In this document: piece by piece, positions 15,604-24,709 of the stretch
Numbering within the stretch: position 1 is the first letter of the stretch
Layout of the letters: the number at the start of each line of letters is the position of its first letter
Assembly (NCBI GenBank): GCA_031549195.1
Contig: JAVBQF010000010.1
Location: 1,443-65,442 of the forward strand
DNA: 64,000 nt
Source: Bacilli bacterium
Lineage (GTDB): Bacteria; Bacillota_I; Bacilli_A; RF39; UBA660
Reading direction: 5' to 3'
Notes under the pieces: generated by a model
What the model was told of the DNA's origin: nothing
The model's input: the letters and a program-made list of their open reading frames with translations, nothing else
Database searches by the model: none
Program-made: the position numbers and the translations under genes

Positions 15604-17907
15604 ATGGGAGAGGATTTTTTAACAACATTAAAGGTTATAAAAAGAAATGGTAAAAAAGTAGACTTTAATGGTACTAAAATAGCAGTTGCTATTAAGAAAG
15701 GTTTTGACAGTGTCATTAGCCGCGAGGAAGATGAAGAAGTTAAACCTTATACAGAAAAAGATATTCAAAAAGTATACCATGAGGTTATTACTAGAATAGA
15801 AAAAGATTATGCAACTGAAGACAAAATTAAAATAGAAGAAGTTCAAGACTTAATTGAGAACGCATTACAAAAATTAGGTTATGAAGATGTCTATAGATCA
15901 TTCTCAGAGTATCGTGAAAGAAGAAGAGAATCGCGTGAAATGTTCTCAGATGACAAGAAATTACATAAATTCCTAAAAACACTTGAAGGACTGAGTTTGA
16001 AATCATCTGTTGAAGACGATACAAAAAGGGATAATGCAAATGTTGATGGTGATACAGCAATGGGTACTATGCTTCAATATGGAAGTACAGTATCAAAGGA
16101 ATTTGCAAAAGCATATTTAATGAAAAAGAAATATTCAGACGCTCATGATGAAGGAATGATTCATATACATGATATGGACTTTCTACCAATGGGTACTACA
16201 ACTTGTATGCAAATAGATTTAGATAAACTGTTTAAAAATGGTTTTTCAACAGGGCATGGACATCTAAGGGGACCAAAAGATATTATGTCTTATTCAGCTC
16301 TTGCTGCTATTGCAATACAATCAAATCAAAATGATCAACATGGGGGACAAAGTATTCCAGCATTTGATTATTATCTAGCACCAGGAGTACTTAATACATT
16401 CAAAAAACAATTTAAACAGACAATTTCAGATATATTAGATTATTCAGGATTTGGTGACTTTATCAATATGGCAAGTATTGCTAAAGAGATAGATAAACTT
16501 GATTGTATAGAGTTCGAATTAGACACGTTTGCAAGGTTTATAAAAGATTCAGATCAAGTAGAAAGAATATTTAAAGTTGCCAAAGATAAAGCAATGCAAA
16601 AAACAAATAGGATAACATATCAAGCAATGGAAGCATTTGTACATAATTTAAATACAATGCATTCAAGAGCAGGAGCACAAGTACCATTTTCATCAGTAAA
16701 TCTTGGAACTGATATAACTCCAGAGGGAAAAATGGTAACTGAAAATTACCTATTAGCACTTGATGCTGGATTAGGTCAAGGAGAAACTCCAATATTTCCA
16801 ATAACTATATTTAAAGTAAAAGAGGGAGTTAACTATAATGAAAAGGATCCTAACTACAATCTATTTAAACTAGCTTGTAGAGTGTCTGCTAAAAGATTAT
16901 TCCCTAATTTCTCATTCTTAGATGCGCCATTCAACAAGCAATTCTATAAAGAAGGAGACTTTACTACAGAAGTTGGATATATGGGATGTAGAACTAGGGT
17001 TCTTGCAAATGTAGTAGATCCAGACAAATCAGTAACTCCAGGAAGAGGAAACTTATCTTTCACTTCACTTAACTTACCAAGAATTGGAATCAAATATGGT
17101 ATTGTTAATGGAAGAGAAAAAGCTGATATGAAAGCATTCTTTGAAGAATTAGATGAGGTAATGGAATTAGTTAAAGATCAATTACTTGACCGCTTTGAAA
17201 TTCAATGTAATAAAAGAGTGTATAATTTTCCATTCTTGTTAGGTCAAGGCGTATGGATAGATTCTGAAAAATTAAAGAATACTGATAGATTAAGAAAATC
17301 ATTAAAGCATGGAACACTAAGTATTGGATTTATTGGATTAGCAGAATGTCTAAAAGCTTTAACTGGAGAACACCATGGTGAAAGTGAAGAATCACAAAAA
17401 TTAGGAATAAAAATAGTAAAACACATGAGAGAAAAATGTGATGAGTTTGCAGCAAAATATAACTTAAACTTTACTTGTCTTGCAACTCCTGCTGAGGGAT
17501 TATCGGGGAGATTTACAAGTATAGATAAAGCTATATATGGTAAGATTAAAGGTGTAACAGATAAACCTTACTATACAAATTCATTCCATGTACCAGTTTA
17601 TTACAATACAACAATTACTAAAAAAATCAAAACAGAAGCACCATATCATGCATTTACAAATGCAGGACACATATCATATATTGAACTAGACGGAGATCCA
17701 ACGGAAAACTTAGAAGCTTTTGAAAAAGTTATAAGACTTATGAAGGAGTCAGGTATCGGTTATGGAGCTATTAATCATCCAGTTGATAGAGACCCAGTAT
17801 GTGGATATGTTGGGGTAATTAAAGATGTTTGCCCAAGATGTGGAAGACGCGAGGGTGAAGCAGTAAGTTTAGAAAGGATTACAAGCCTAAATTGTGGCTG
17901 TAAATAA
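15604..17907 (+). CDS. nrdD: Anaerobic (class III) ribonucleoside-triphosphate reductase large chain, lacking the glycyl-radical loop
   Basis: ATP cone (VIKRNG), HIHDMDF, TTTC, MGCRT, ATPAEGLSGRF, DPVC..CPRC; ends ...NCGCK with no RxxGY. Confidence 0.95.
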   Translation: MGEDFLTTLKVIKRNGKKVDFNGTKIAVAIKKGFDSVISREEDEEVKPYTEKDIQKVYHEVITRIEKDYATEDKIKIEEVQDLIENALQKLGYEDVYRSFSEYRERRRESREMFSDDKKLHKFLKTLEGLSLKSSVEDDTKRDNANVDGDTAMGTMLQYGSTVSKEFAKAYLMKKKYSDAHDEGMIHIHDMDFLPMGTTTCMQIDLDKLFKNGFSTGHGHLRGPKDIMSYSALAAIAIQSNQNDQHGGQSIPAFDYYLAPGVLNTFKKQFKQTISDILDYSGFGDFINMASIAKEIDKLDCIEFELDTFARFIKDSDQVERIFKVAKDKAMQKTNRITYQAMEAFVHNLNTMHSRAGAQVPFSSVNLGTDITPEGKMVTENYLLALDAGLGQGETPIFPITIFKVKEGVNYNEKDPNYNLFKLACRVSAKRLFPNFSFLDAPFNKQFYKEGDFTTEVGYMGCRTRVLANVVDPDKSVTPGRGNLSFTSLNLPRIGIKYGIVNGREKADMKAFFEELDEVMELVKDQLLDRFEIQCNKRVYNFPFLLGQGVWIDSEKLKNTDRLRKSLKHGTLSIGFIGLAECLKALTGEHHGESEESQKLGIKIVKHMREKCDEFAAKYNLNFTCLATPAEGLSGRFTSIDKAIYGKIKGVTDKPYYTNSFHVPVYYNTTITKKIKTEAPYHAFTNAGHISYIELDGDPTENLEAFEKVIRLMKESGIGYGAINHPVDRDPVCGYVGVIKDVCPRCGRREGEAVSLERITSLNCGCK

Positions 17908-17928
17908 AAAGGAGAGGGAAGAAGTATT

Positions 17929-18102
17929 ATGAGAAAAGAAGTAGAAATTGTAACATCACCAAAAGAAGAAAAAACAACAGGAGATGGAGTTAAATTCGAA
18001 CGCATTAGAAGAATAACTGGATATCTTGTTGGAACAGTAGATAGATTTAACAATAGCAAACAAGCAGAAGAACACGATAGAGTAAAACATAAAGATAACT
18101 AA
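17929..18102 (+). CDS. 57-aa stand-alone NrdD glycyl-radical domain (not in ORF track)
   Basis: MRKEVEIVTSPKEEKTTGDGVKFERIRRITGYLVGTVDRFNNSKQAEEHDRVKHKDN; own AGGAGAGG RBS; stop overlaps nrdG start (TAATG). Confidence 0.92.
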   Translation: MRKEVEIVTSPKEEKTTGDGVKFERIRRITGYLVGTVDRFNNSKQAEEHDRVKHKDN

Positions 18103-18644
18103 TGAAAATAAGACTTGCAAATCCACTTGAAGCTGACAGTATAGTTGATGGTCCTGGATTAAGAGCGGTTATTTGGACACAAGGTTGTAAACATAACTGT
18201 AAGGGATGTCATAATCCGCACACGCATTCATTTAAAGGCGGATACTTAACTGATACAGAAGAGTTAAAAAAAGAAATAAGTAGTTTAATGCTTATAGAAG
18301 GAATAACATTATCTGGTGGAGATCCTATTGAACAAGTCAGCGCATGTTTGGATATTGCTAAATACTGTAAACAAAATGGTCTAAGTGTTTGGTGTTGGAC
18401 AGGATACACATATGAAGAACTTATGGATATGTGTGAAACAAATAAAGAATTATTAGAACTCTTAGAAAATATTGATGTCATAGTTGATGGAAGATTTGAA
18501 CTTGAAAAAAGAAGTTTAGATATCAAGTTTAGAGGATCTACAAATCAAAGACTGATTGATATGAGAAAAAGCATGAAACAGGGAAAGATAGTTCTACTAA
18601 AAGAAAAAAATAAAGAAGTAAAGAAAGAGCAAATATTTATATAA
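18102..18644 (+). CDS. nrdG: Anaerobic RNR activating radical SAM enzyme
   Basis: DSIVDGPGLR, CKHNCKGC (CxxxCxxC), TLSGGDP, DGRF, FRGSTNQR. Confidence 0.97.
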   Translation: MKIRLANPLEADSIVDGPGLRAVIWTQGCKHNCKGCHNPHTHSFKGGYLTDTEELKKEISSLMLIEGITLSGGDPIEQVSACLDIAKYCKQNGLSVWCWTGYTYEELMDMCETNKELLELLENIDVIVDGRFELEKRSLDIKFRGSTNQRLIDMRKSMKQGKIVLLKEKNKEVKKEQIFI

Positions 18645-18712
18645 ATGCTCTTTTTAAATACTTTAATAAAGCGTTATTTTATGATAAAATAATATTATAT
18701 CGAGGAGGGACT

Positions 18713-19318
18713 ATGGAAAATAATATTCAAATAGTAATGTTTTTTAGTAAGAATGTATCATATAATCCTACTAAAATAGCAGCAAAAATAAATGAATTAA
18801 TACCTTTATTAGGTCAACCACTAATATTACCACCAGCAAAGGAAGATAATGGACAACCATTAATTATATTTAATCAAAATAATACGTTTCAATTAACTAC
18901 AAATCTTGGCAGTGTATCATTTATATTTTTAAGCGAACATTTAAAAGAATATAAAAAGATAGTATTACAAGTATTAGATATCTTTGATAAAGAAGATATA
19001 GGCTTTTCTAGGATTGGTTATGTAGCGTCAAATGCTCTTTCTAAAAAGGATATAGCAAAATTTAAGAAAAGAATATTTAAGGATGAGGAACTTCTTGAAG
19101 CAGAAGATTTTCAACTTGCTTGGTATAAAAGTATAATTTTAGATGGAACAAAAGTTAATTGCTGGGAGCGATATTTTACAGATCATGATCAAAGTGACAA
19201 ATTAGTATCCATATTTGATATTAATACCCCACTTAATGAAGAATATAATGTTTCAGAAGACTTTGTGGATAGATATATAAGCAATTGTAATAAATTTATA
19301 GAAGATAAATTAAAGTAG
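18713..19318 (+). CDS. Hypothetical protein
   Basis: 201-aa ORF; GAGGAGG RBS; downstream terminator. Confidence 0.75.
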   Translation: MENNIQIVMFFSKNVSYNPTKIAAKINELIPLLGQPLILPPAKEDNGQPLIIFNQNNTFQLTTNLGSVSFIFLSEHLKEYKKIVLQVLDIFDKEDIGFSRIGYVASNALSKKDIAKFKKRIFKDEELLEAEDFQLAWYKSIILDGTKVNCWERYFTDHDQSDKLVSIFDINTPLNEEYNVSEDFVDRYISNCNKFIEDKLK

Positions 19319-19431
19319 CAAAGAGAAATAATTCTCTTTTTTATTAGGCATATTTTTAATTTCACAATAAAAATAAGTTTTCAAAATATAAAAGTAAATG
19401 TTATAATTATTACCATAGGATTGGTGAACAT

Positions 19432-22077
19432 ATGAATTTGCATAGTATGGATATAAAAGAAGTATATGAAAAATTAAATACAAGTGACAAAGGACTTAGT
19501 GGTAGTGAAGTAAATAAAAGACTAGAAGAATATGGTAAAAATGAACTGCCTAAAGAGAAAAAAGCAGGTATAGCAAAAGTGTTTTTTAGTCAATTTAAGA
19601 GTTCTATTGTTTATATAATGATACTGGCAGCAATATTTTCTTTCTTACTAAAAGAATATGTTGACACTATAGCAATTATAATAATTATATTAGTAGATGC
19701 GATACTTGGAACTCTTCAAGAATGGAAAGCGGGAAAAGAAGCTGAAAGTCTACAAAATCTAATAAAGGTACAAACTAAAGTACTTAGAGACAATAAAGAA
19801 ATGATGATTGATTCGGAGGATCTAGTAATTGGTGACGTTGTATTATTAGAGTCAGGGAATAAAGTATCAGCAGATTTGCGCATAATAGAATCATCCAACT
19901 TAACTATAGATGAATCAGTATTAACAGGAGAATCTATTGCTGCAACTAAAAGTAATACTACATTAAAAGAGAATATCAGTATAGTTGAAAGAAAAAATAT
20001 TGCTTATGCAGGTACTAGTGTAACAACAGGAAGAGCAGTTGGTATTGTCATAGCAGTAGGAGTCGATACCGAGGTGGGAAAGATTTCTAGTAAGGTTCTT
20101 GAAACAAAAAGTGAAGAAACACCCCTTGTTATTAGAATGGAAAAGTTAACAAAGCAAATTAGCATATTAATATTAGTAATAGCAGCAGTATTAATTGTTA
20201 TATTACTATTAAAAGGAGAACAGTTAGGGGAAATACTTTTATCTGTTACAGCTTTATCAGTATCCGCAATGCCAGAAGGACTCCCTCTAGCATTAACACT
20301 AGCACTCACAATTGGTTCAAATAGAATGGGTAAGAAAAATGTTGTTGTAAAAAAGCTTAATTCTGTTGAAAGTTTAGGAAGTTGTACAGTTATTGCAAGT
20401 GATAAGACAGGAACACTTACAGTTAATGAACAGACAGCCCAAAGAATAGTATTAGCAGATGGTTCTACTTATGAAGTAACAGGAACAGGTTATAATGGTG
20501 AAGGTGAAGTAATAGCAATTGATGATGCTGATATAAATAAAGCAAAAGAGATAAGCAAACTAGGTATGTTAAATAATGAAGCAACATTAAAAAAAGAAGA
20601 TAACAAATGGAGAAGTTTTGGAGATTCCATTGATATAGCATTCTTAGCTTTAGGAGAAAAATTAAAAGTAAAAACAAATACTAGTATCCTAGGGGAAATC
20701 CCATATGAGTCTGAGAAAAAGTATTCAGCAGTATTTTATAAGGAAGATGGAAAAAATTATTGTACAGCAAAAGGATCGGTAGAGAAGATATTAGAATTCT
20801 GTGACTCTATGATAGTAGATGGTAAAAGAGTACCAATTGATAAGAATCAAATAAAAGGACAAAATGAAGCTTTAGCAGGAGATGGATATAGAATTATTGC
20901 TTTAGCAAAAAAAGAGTGTGTGGAAAAAGAAAATTCTTATGTGGAAGGAGATATTCCTCAATTAGATTTTATAGGTTTAGTCGCATTTATTGATCCAATA
21001 AGAAAAGAGGCAAAGGATTCTGTTGGCAAATGTAAAAAAGCGGGTATAAAGGTTGTAATGATAACAGGAGACCATCCATTAACTGCCTTTGCTATTTCTA
21101 AAGAATTAGGTATTGCTAGTAATTATGATGAAGTAACGACAGGTACAGAAATAGAGGAATACTTAGCAAAAGGAAATAAAGCCTTCGATAACTTTGTAAA
21201 AGAAAAAAGAGTATTCTCAAGAGTTACTCCAATACAAAAACTAGAAATAGTTAATTCTTTTAAAAGACAAGGTGAGTTTATTGCAGTAACAGGAGACGGT
21301 GTTAATGATGCTCCTGCAATAAAAGCAGCAAATATCGGGGTTGCAATGGGAAGTGGAACAGATGTTGCTAAAGAAACTGGAACAATGATTATAATAGATG
21401 ATAACTTTATGTCAATAGTAGCGGGGATTGAAGAAGGAAGAAATGCTTATAGTAATATAAGAAAAGTAGTATATATGCTTTTATCAACAGGTATCTCAGA
21501 AGTTTTATTTTTCACTTTATCAATAGTATTCAACTTACCAATGCCATTAATGGCTATTCAGCTTTTATGGTTAAATATAGTGACAGACGGGTTTCAAGAT
21601 ATAGCTTTATCTTTTGAAAAAGAAGATGGGAAAATAATGAAAGAGAAACCAAGGGATCCTAAAGAATCAGTTTTTGATAGACTAATGACACAAGAAACTT
21701 TATTAGCAGGATTCAGTATAGGATTAATTGTATTCTCTGTTTGGATATATCTACTAAAGGTACTAAATATGGATGCAGCTAATGCTAGAGGATATGTAAT
21801 GTTACTTATGGTATTTATGCAAAATATTCAAGTTATTAACTGTCGCAGCGAAAAAAAATCAGCATTTAAAATACCTCTTTCAAATAACTGGTTTGTAGTA
21901 GCTAGTATAACTGCAGCAATTATACTTCAAATTATAGTTATGGAAGTACCAATATTTAATACATTCTTACAAGTTGATGGAATGCCTATATTAGATATAA
22001 TATTAATTTTCTTAGTCTCACTTCCAGTACTATTTATAATGGAAATATTTAAAAAAATAAAATTTAAAGAAGATTAA
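19432..22077 (+). CDS. Cation-translocating P-type ATPase (type IIA, Ca2+-like)
   Basis: TGES, PEGL, DKTGTLT, MITGD, TGDGVNDAPA; multiple TM helices. Confidence 0.95.
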   Translation: MNLHSMDIKEVYEKLNTSDKGLSGSEVNKRLEEYGKNELPKEKKAGIAKVFFSQFKSSIVYIMILAAIFSFLLKEYVDTIAIIIIILVDAILGTLQEWKAGKEAESLQNLIKVQTKVLRDNKEMMIDSEDLVIGDVVLLESGNKVSADLRIIESSNLTIDESVLTGESIAATKSNTTLKENISIVERKNIAYAGTSVTTGRAVGIVIAVGVDTEVGKISSKVLETKSEETPLVIRMEKLTKQISILILVIAAVLIVILLLKGEQLGEILLSVTALSVSAMPEGLPLALTLALTIGSNRMGKKNVVVKKLNSVESLGSCTVIASDKTGTLTVNEQTAQRIVLADGSTYEVTGTGYNGEGEVIAIDDADINKAKEISKLGMLNNEATLKKEDNKWRSFGDSIDIAFLALGEKLKVKTNTSILGEIPYESEKKYSAVFYKEDGKNYCTAKGSVEKILEFCDSMIVDGKRVPIDKNQIKGQNEALAGDGYRIIALAKKECVEKENSYVEGDIPQLDFIGLVAFIDPIRKEAKDSVGKCKKAGIKVVMITGDHPLTAFAISKELGIASNYDEVTTGTEIEEYLAKGNKAFDNFVKEKRVFSRVTPIQKLEIVNSFKRQGEFIAVTGDGVNDAPAIKAANIGVAMGSGTDVAKETGTMIIIDDNFMSIVAGIEEGRNAYSNIRKVVYMLLSTGISEVLFFTLSIVFNLPMPLMAIQLLWLNIVTDGFQDIALSFEKEDGKIMKEKPRDPKESVFDRLMTQETLLAGFSIGLIVFSVWIYLLKVLNMDAANARGYVMLLMVFMQNIQVINCRSEKKSAFKIPLSNNWFVVASITAAIILQIIVMEVPIFNTFLQVDGMPILDIILIFLVSLPVLFIMEIFKKIKFKED

Positions 22078-22109
22078 GTTCTATTTATTTTATAGTTAAT
22101 ATAACTAAC

Positions 22110-22141
22110 AAAGCCTATATAAGAAAACTTATATAGGCTTT
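22110..22141 (+). terminator. Intrinsic terminator
   Basis: AAAGCCTATATAAG-AAAA-CTTATATAGGCTTT perfect 14-bp stem. Confidence 0.85.
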
Positions 22142-22338
22142 ATTTTATTAAGATATGAAATATTTGTGATAAGCAAAACTACATTGCAATCTATGATTGC
22201 TTTAATGGCAATAATAATGCCAAATAAATCAATTAATTAATGTAAAAAAATAGCAGAAAATAGTAAGTAGAGATAGCTTTATTTGGTTTGACTAAAATAC
22301 CTTTTTATAGTATTATTTACAATAAGGAAGGCCACTAT

Positions 22339-24540
22339 ATGGAAAAAAAAAATAATAAAAAAAATGGCAAAAAAAACAGGCAAAATGCTTTTACTTTAAT
22401 AGAGATATTAGCGGTAGTTATTATACTAGGAATATTAATGATAATAGCAATACCAACAATAGTAGAATATATATCATCATCAAGAAAAAAAGCCTATATA
22501 ATGTCAGCAAATAATTATGTATCAGGTGTTAGAAACAAGGTAAATAGTCTGGCGTATAAATTTACAGATCCAGCTGTAATATATTATGTTCCAATTAATT
22601 GTGTAACATTAGAAAAAGATGGGAAAAGTCCATTTGGAGAATGGAGAGAAGCCTATGTTGTAGTAACTTTTCATGATAATAGTTATAATTACTATTGGAC
22701 AAGTCTAGACAGTGCTGGTTATGGAATTGAATTAACAAAAGAAGAAGAGTTAGATGCAGATAAAGTAAAGACAGGAATGATAAAAATAGACAAGACTATA
22801 TCAGTAGAAGAAAAATTTATGTTAGGAATGATAGAAGAAAAATCAGGGGAATGCACTAATACTCCAGTAATAGCAGAAATGGAACTGGAGGCAGGAAAAA
22901 TAGGAATATATAATGAGAATGATTTGAACGATATAAAAAACAATTTAAGTGGGGATTATGTATTAATGAACGATATAACATTAACTGCTCCATTTGAACC
23001 TGTAGGAAATAGTTCTATGCCATTTAATGGAACATTTGAAGGAAGAAATCGAACAATAAGTAATTTAGTAATCAATAAAGGTAATACAAGTAATGTAGGG
23101 CTGTTTGGTAATATAAGCAGTGCAACCATTAAAAATTTGACATTGAAAAATGTGGAGATTAAGGGAAAAAATAATGTTGGAGGGTTAATAGGACTAGCAT
23201 ACAACACCAATGTTACCAATGTTAGTATAAATGGAAATATAGAAGGGACAGAATCTAATGTAGGAGGGATAATTGGACAATTTATTCCAAAAGATAAAAA
23301 AAATATAATTTCTAATAATAATATTGATGTTGTAATAAAATCAATGTTAAGTACTAGTGGTGGATTGATTGGCTGGATTAATTTAAACGCAATTTTACAA
23401 AATGCAGAGGTGACCATCACTAACAATACCATTCATGGAACAATTAATACAGGTGGTGGTCAAGTAGGGGGGCTAATAGCCGCTATAACAGGTGGCGCTT
23501 CAGATAAAATATATATAGAAAATAATAAATCAAATGCTAACGTTACTTCAAACACTAATGTTGCAGGTGGATTAATAGGGATTGCTATAGCTGGAGCAAT
23601 CAGAAATAATGTGGCGACAGGTAATACAAATGTAACTGCTGGAGGAAATGTCGGTGGATTAGTAGGGACTATACAAATAAACAATGAAAATCAAGCTATA
23701 TTAATAGAGAAGAATAAGGCGATGGGTAATGTAACAGGTGGGTCCAATAGTGGAGGTTTAATTGGATCAATAGAAAATGAAACCACATTAAATCCAAGAA
23801 ATAGTAATGTCATAGTTCAAAATAACACAGCTGCTGGAAATACAAGCTCTAATACTGGTAGTAGTATTGGTGGCCTAATTGGATTATTGAGAATGGGTAC
23901 AATTAAAAAAAATTATGCTGTTGGGAATGTAACTTCAATCAAAAATGGTTATGTTGGTGGTTTAATTGGACAAGTTGTCCCAAGAAATGCAAGTCAGGTT
24001 ATAGTAATTGAGGAAAATTATTCGTTGGGAAATTCTTATGGAAACCTTAATGGTATTGGAGGATTAATTAGTGCAATATATACGCTGGTGGATAATTCTA
24101 ACACAATTCAAATAAGAAATAATTATACTAAAGGAAATATTAAAACAGATAGTGCAACTACATTTCAAGTTGGTGGCTTAGTGGCTTTAATTGGTCACAG
24201 CTCATATGTTTGTACATTGAAAGTCAATTTTGAAAACAACTACGCAGTTTCTTCGTTTTTGGAGTCTGCTGGTAATCCATCTGGGTTTGTTGGTTCTATT
24301 TCAAATCGTGGTACAGGTTCTGGCAAGACGGAAACAACATATAGTGGAAATTATTTTAATGTAGAAACAAGTGGCAGGACAAATGCTCAGGCAGTGCAAG
24401 GTGCAGCACAAATAGGAGTAACAGGAACAACAACATTAAATTTGAAAGCAGTCACCACATTTAGTGACTGGAGTACTTCAATATGGCAGCTTAATGATGG
24501 AAGTTATCCTAAGCTTAAAAATGTAGGTGGAAATCAATAA
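22339..24540 (+). CDS. Type IV prepilin-like protein with large GLUG-repeat C-terminal domain
   Basis: Basic leader, A|FTLIEIL cleavage/methylation motif, YVLMNDITL..PFNGTFEG, many VGGLIG repeats; start ATG 22339 behind AAGGAAGG. Confidence 0.9.
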   Translation: MEKKNNKKNGKKNRQNAFTLIEILAVVIILGILMIIAIPTIVEYISSSRKKAYIMSANNYVSGVRNKVNSLAYKFTDPAVIYYVPINCVTLEKDGKSPFGEWREAYVVVTFHDNSYNYYWTSLDSAGYGIELTKEEELDADKVKTGMIKIDKTISVEEKFMLGMIEEKSGECTNTPVIAEMELEAGKIGIYNENDLNDIKNNLSGDYVLMNDITLTAPFEPVGNSSMPFNGTFEGRNRTISNLVINKGNTSNVGLFGNISSATIKNLTLKNVEIKGKNNVGGLIGLAYNTNVTNVSINGNIEGTESNVGGIIGQFIPKDKKNIISNNNIDVVIKSMLSTSGGLIGWINLNAILQNAEVTITNNTIHGTINTGGGQVGGLIAAITGGASDKIYIENNKSNANVTSNTNVAGGLIGIAIAGAIRNNVATGNTNVTAGGNVGGLVGTIQINNENQAILIEKNKAMGNVTGGSNSGGLIGSIENETTLNPRNSNVIVQNNTAAGNTSSNTGSSIGGLIGLLRMGTIKKNYAVGNVTSIKNGYVGGLIGQVVPRNASQVIVIEENYSLGNSYGNLNGIGGLISAIYTLVDNSNTIQIRNNYTKGNIKTDSATTFQVGGLVALIGHSSYVCTLKVNFENNYAVSSFLESAGNPSGFVGSISNRGTGSGKTETTYSGNYFNVETSGRTNAQAVQGAAQIGVTGTTTLNLKAVTTFSDWSTSIWQLNDGSYPKLKNVGGNQ

Positions 24541-24709
24541 TTAAATAAGAAGGGATAATTAATATAAATAACAATTATTTCTTTTTCACAAGTATCAAAT
24601 TGTTATTATTTTTAGTTGTACCATTTAATTATCATTAGTAATTTTGACATTTGCAACATAGAAGAAACTTACTTGAGGAAATGTAGTCATCACCTATTAT
24701 AATTATTAT

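Noticed and set aside
22160-22235. c-di-GMP riboswitch upstream of the pilin gene
   Set aside because: Two small dyads (GCAATC/GATTGC, GGCA/TGCC) but no recognisable GEMM consensus
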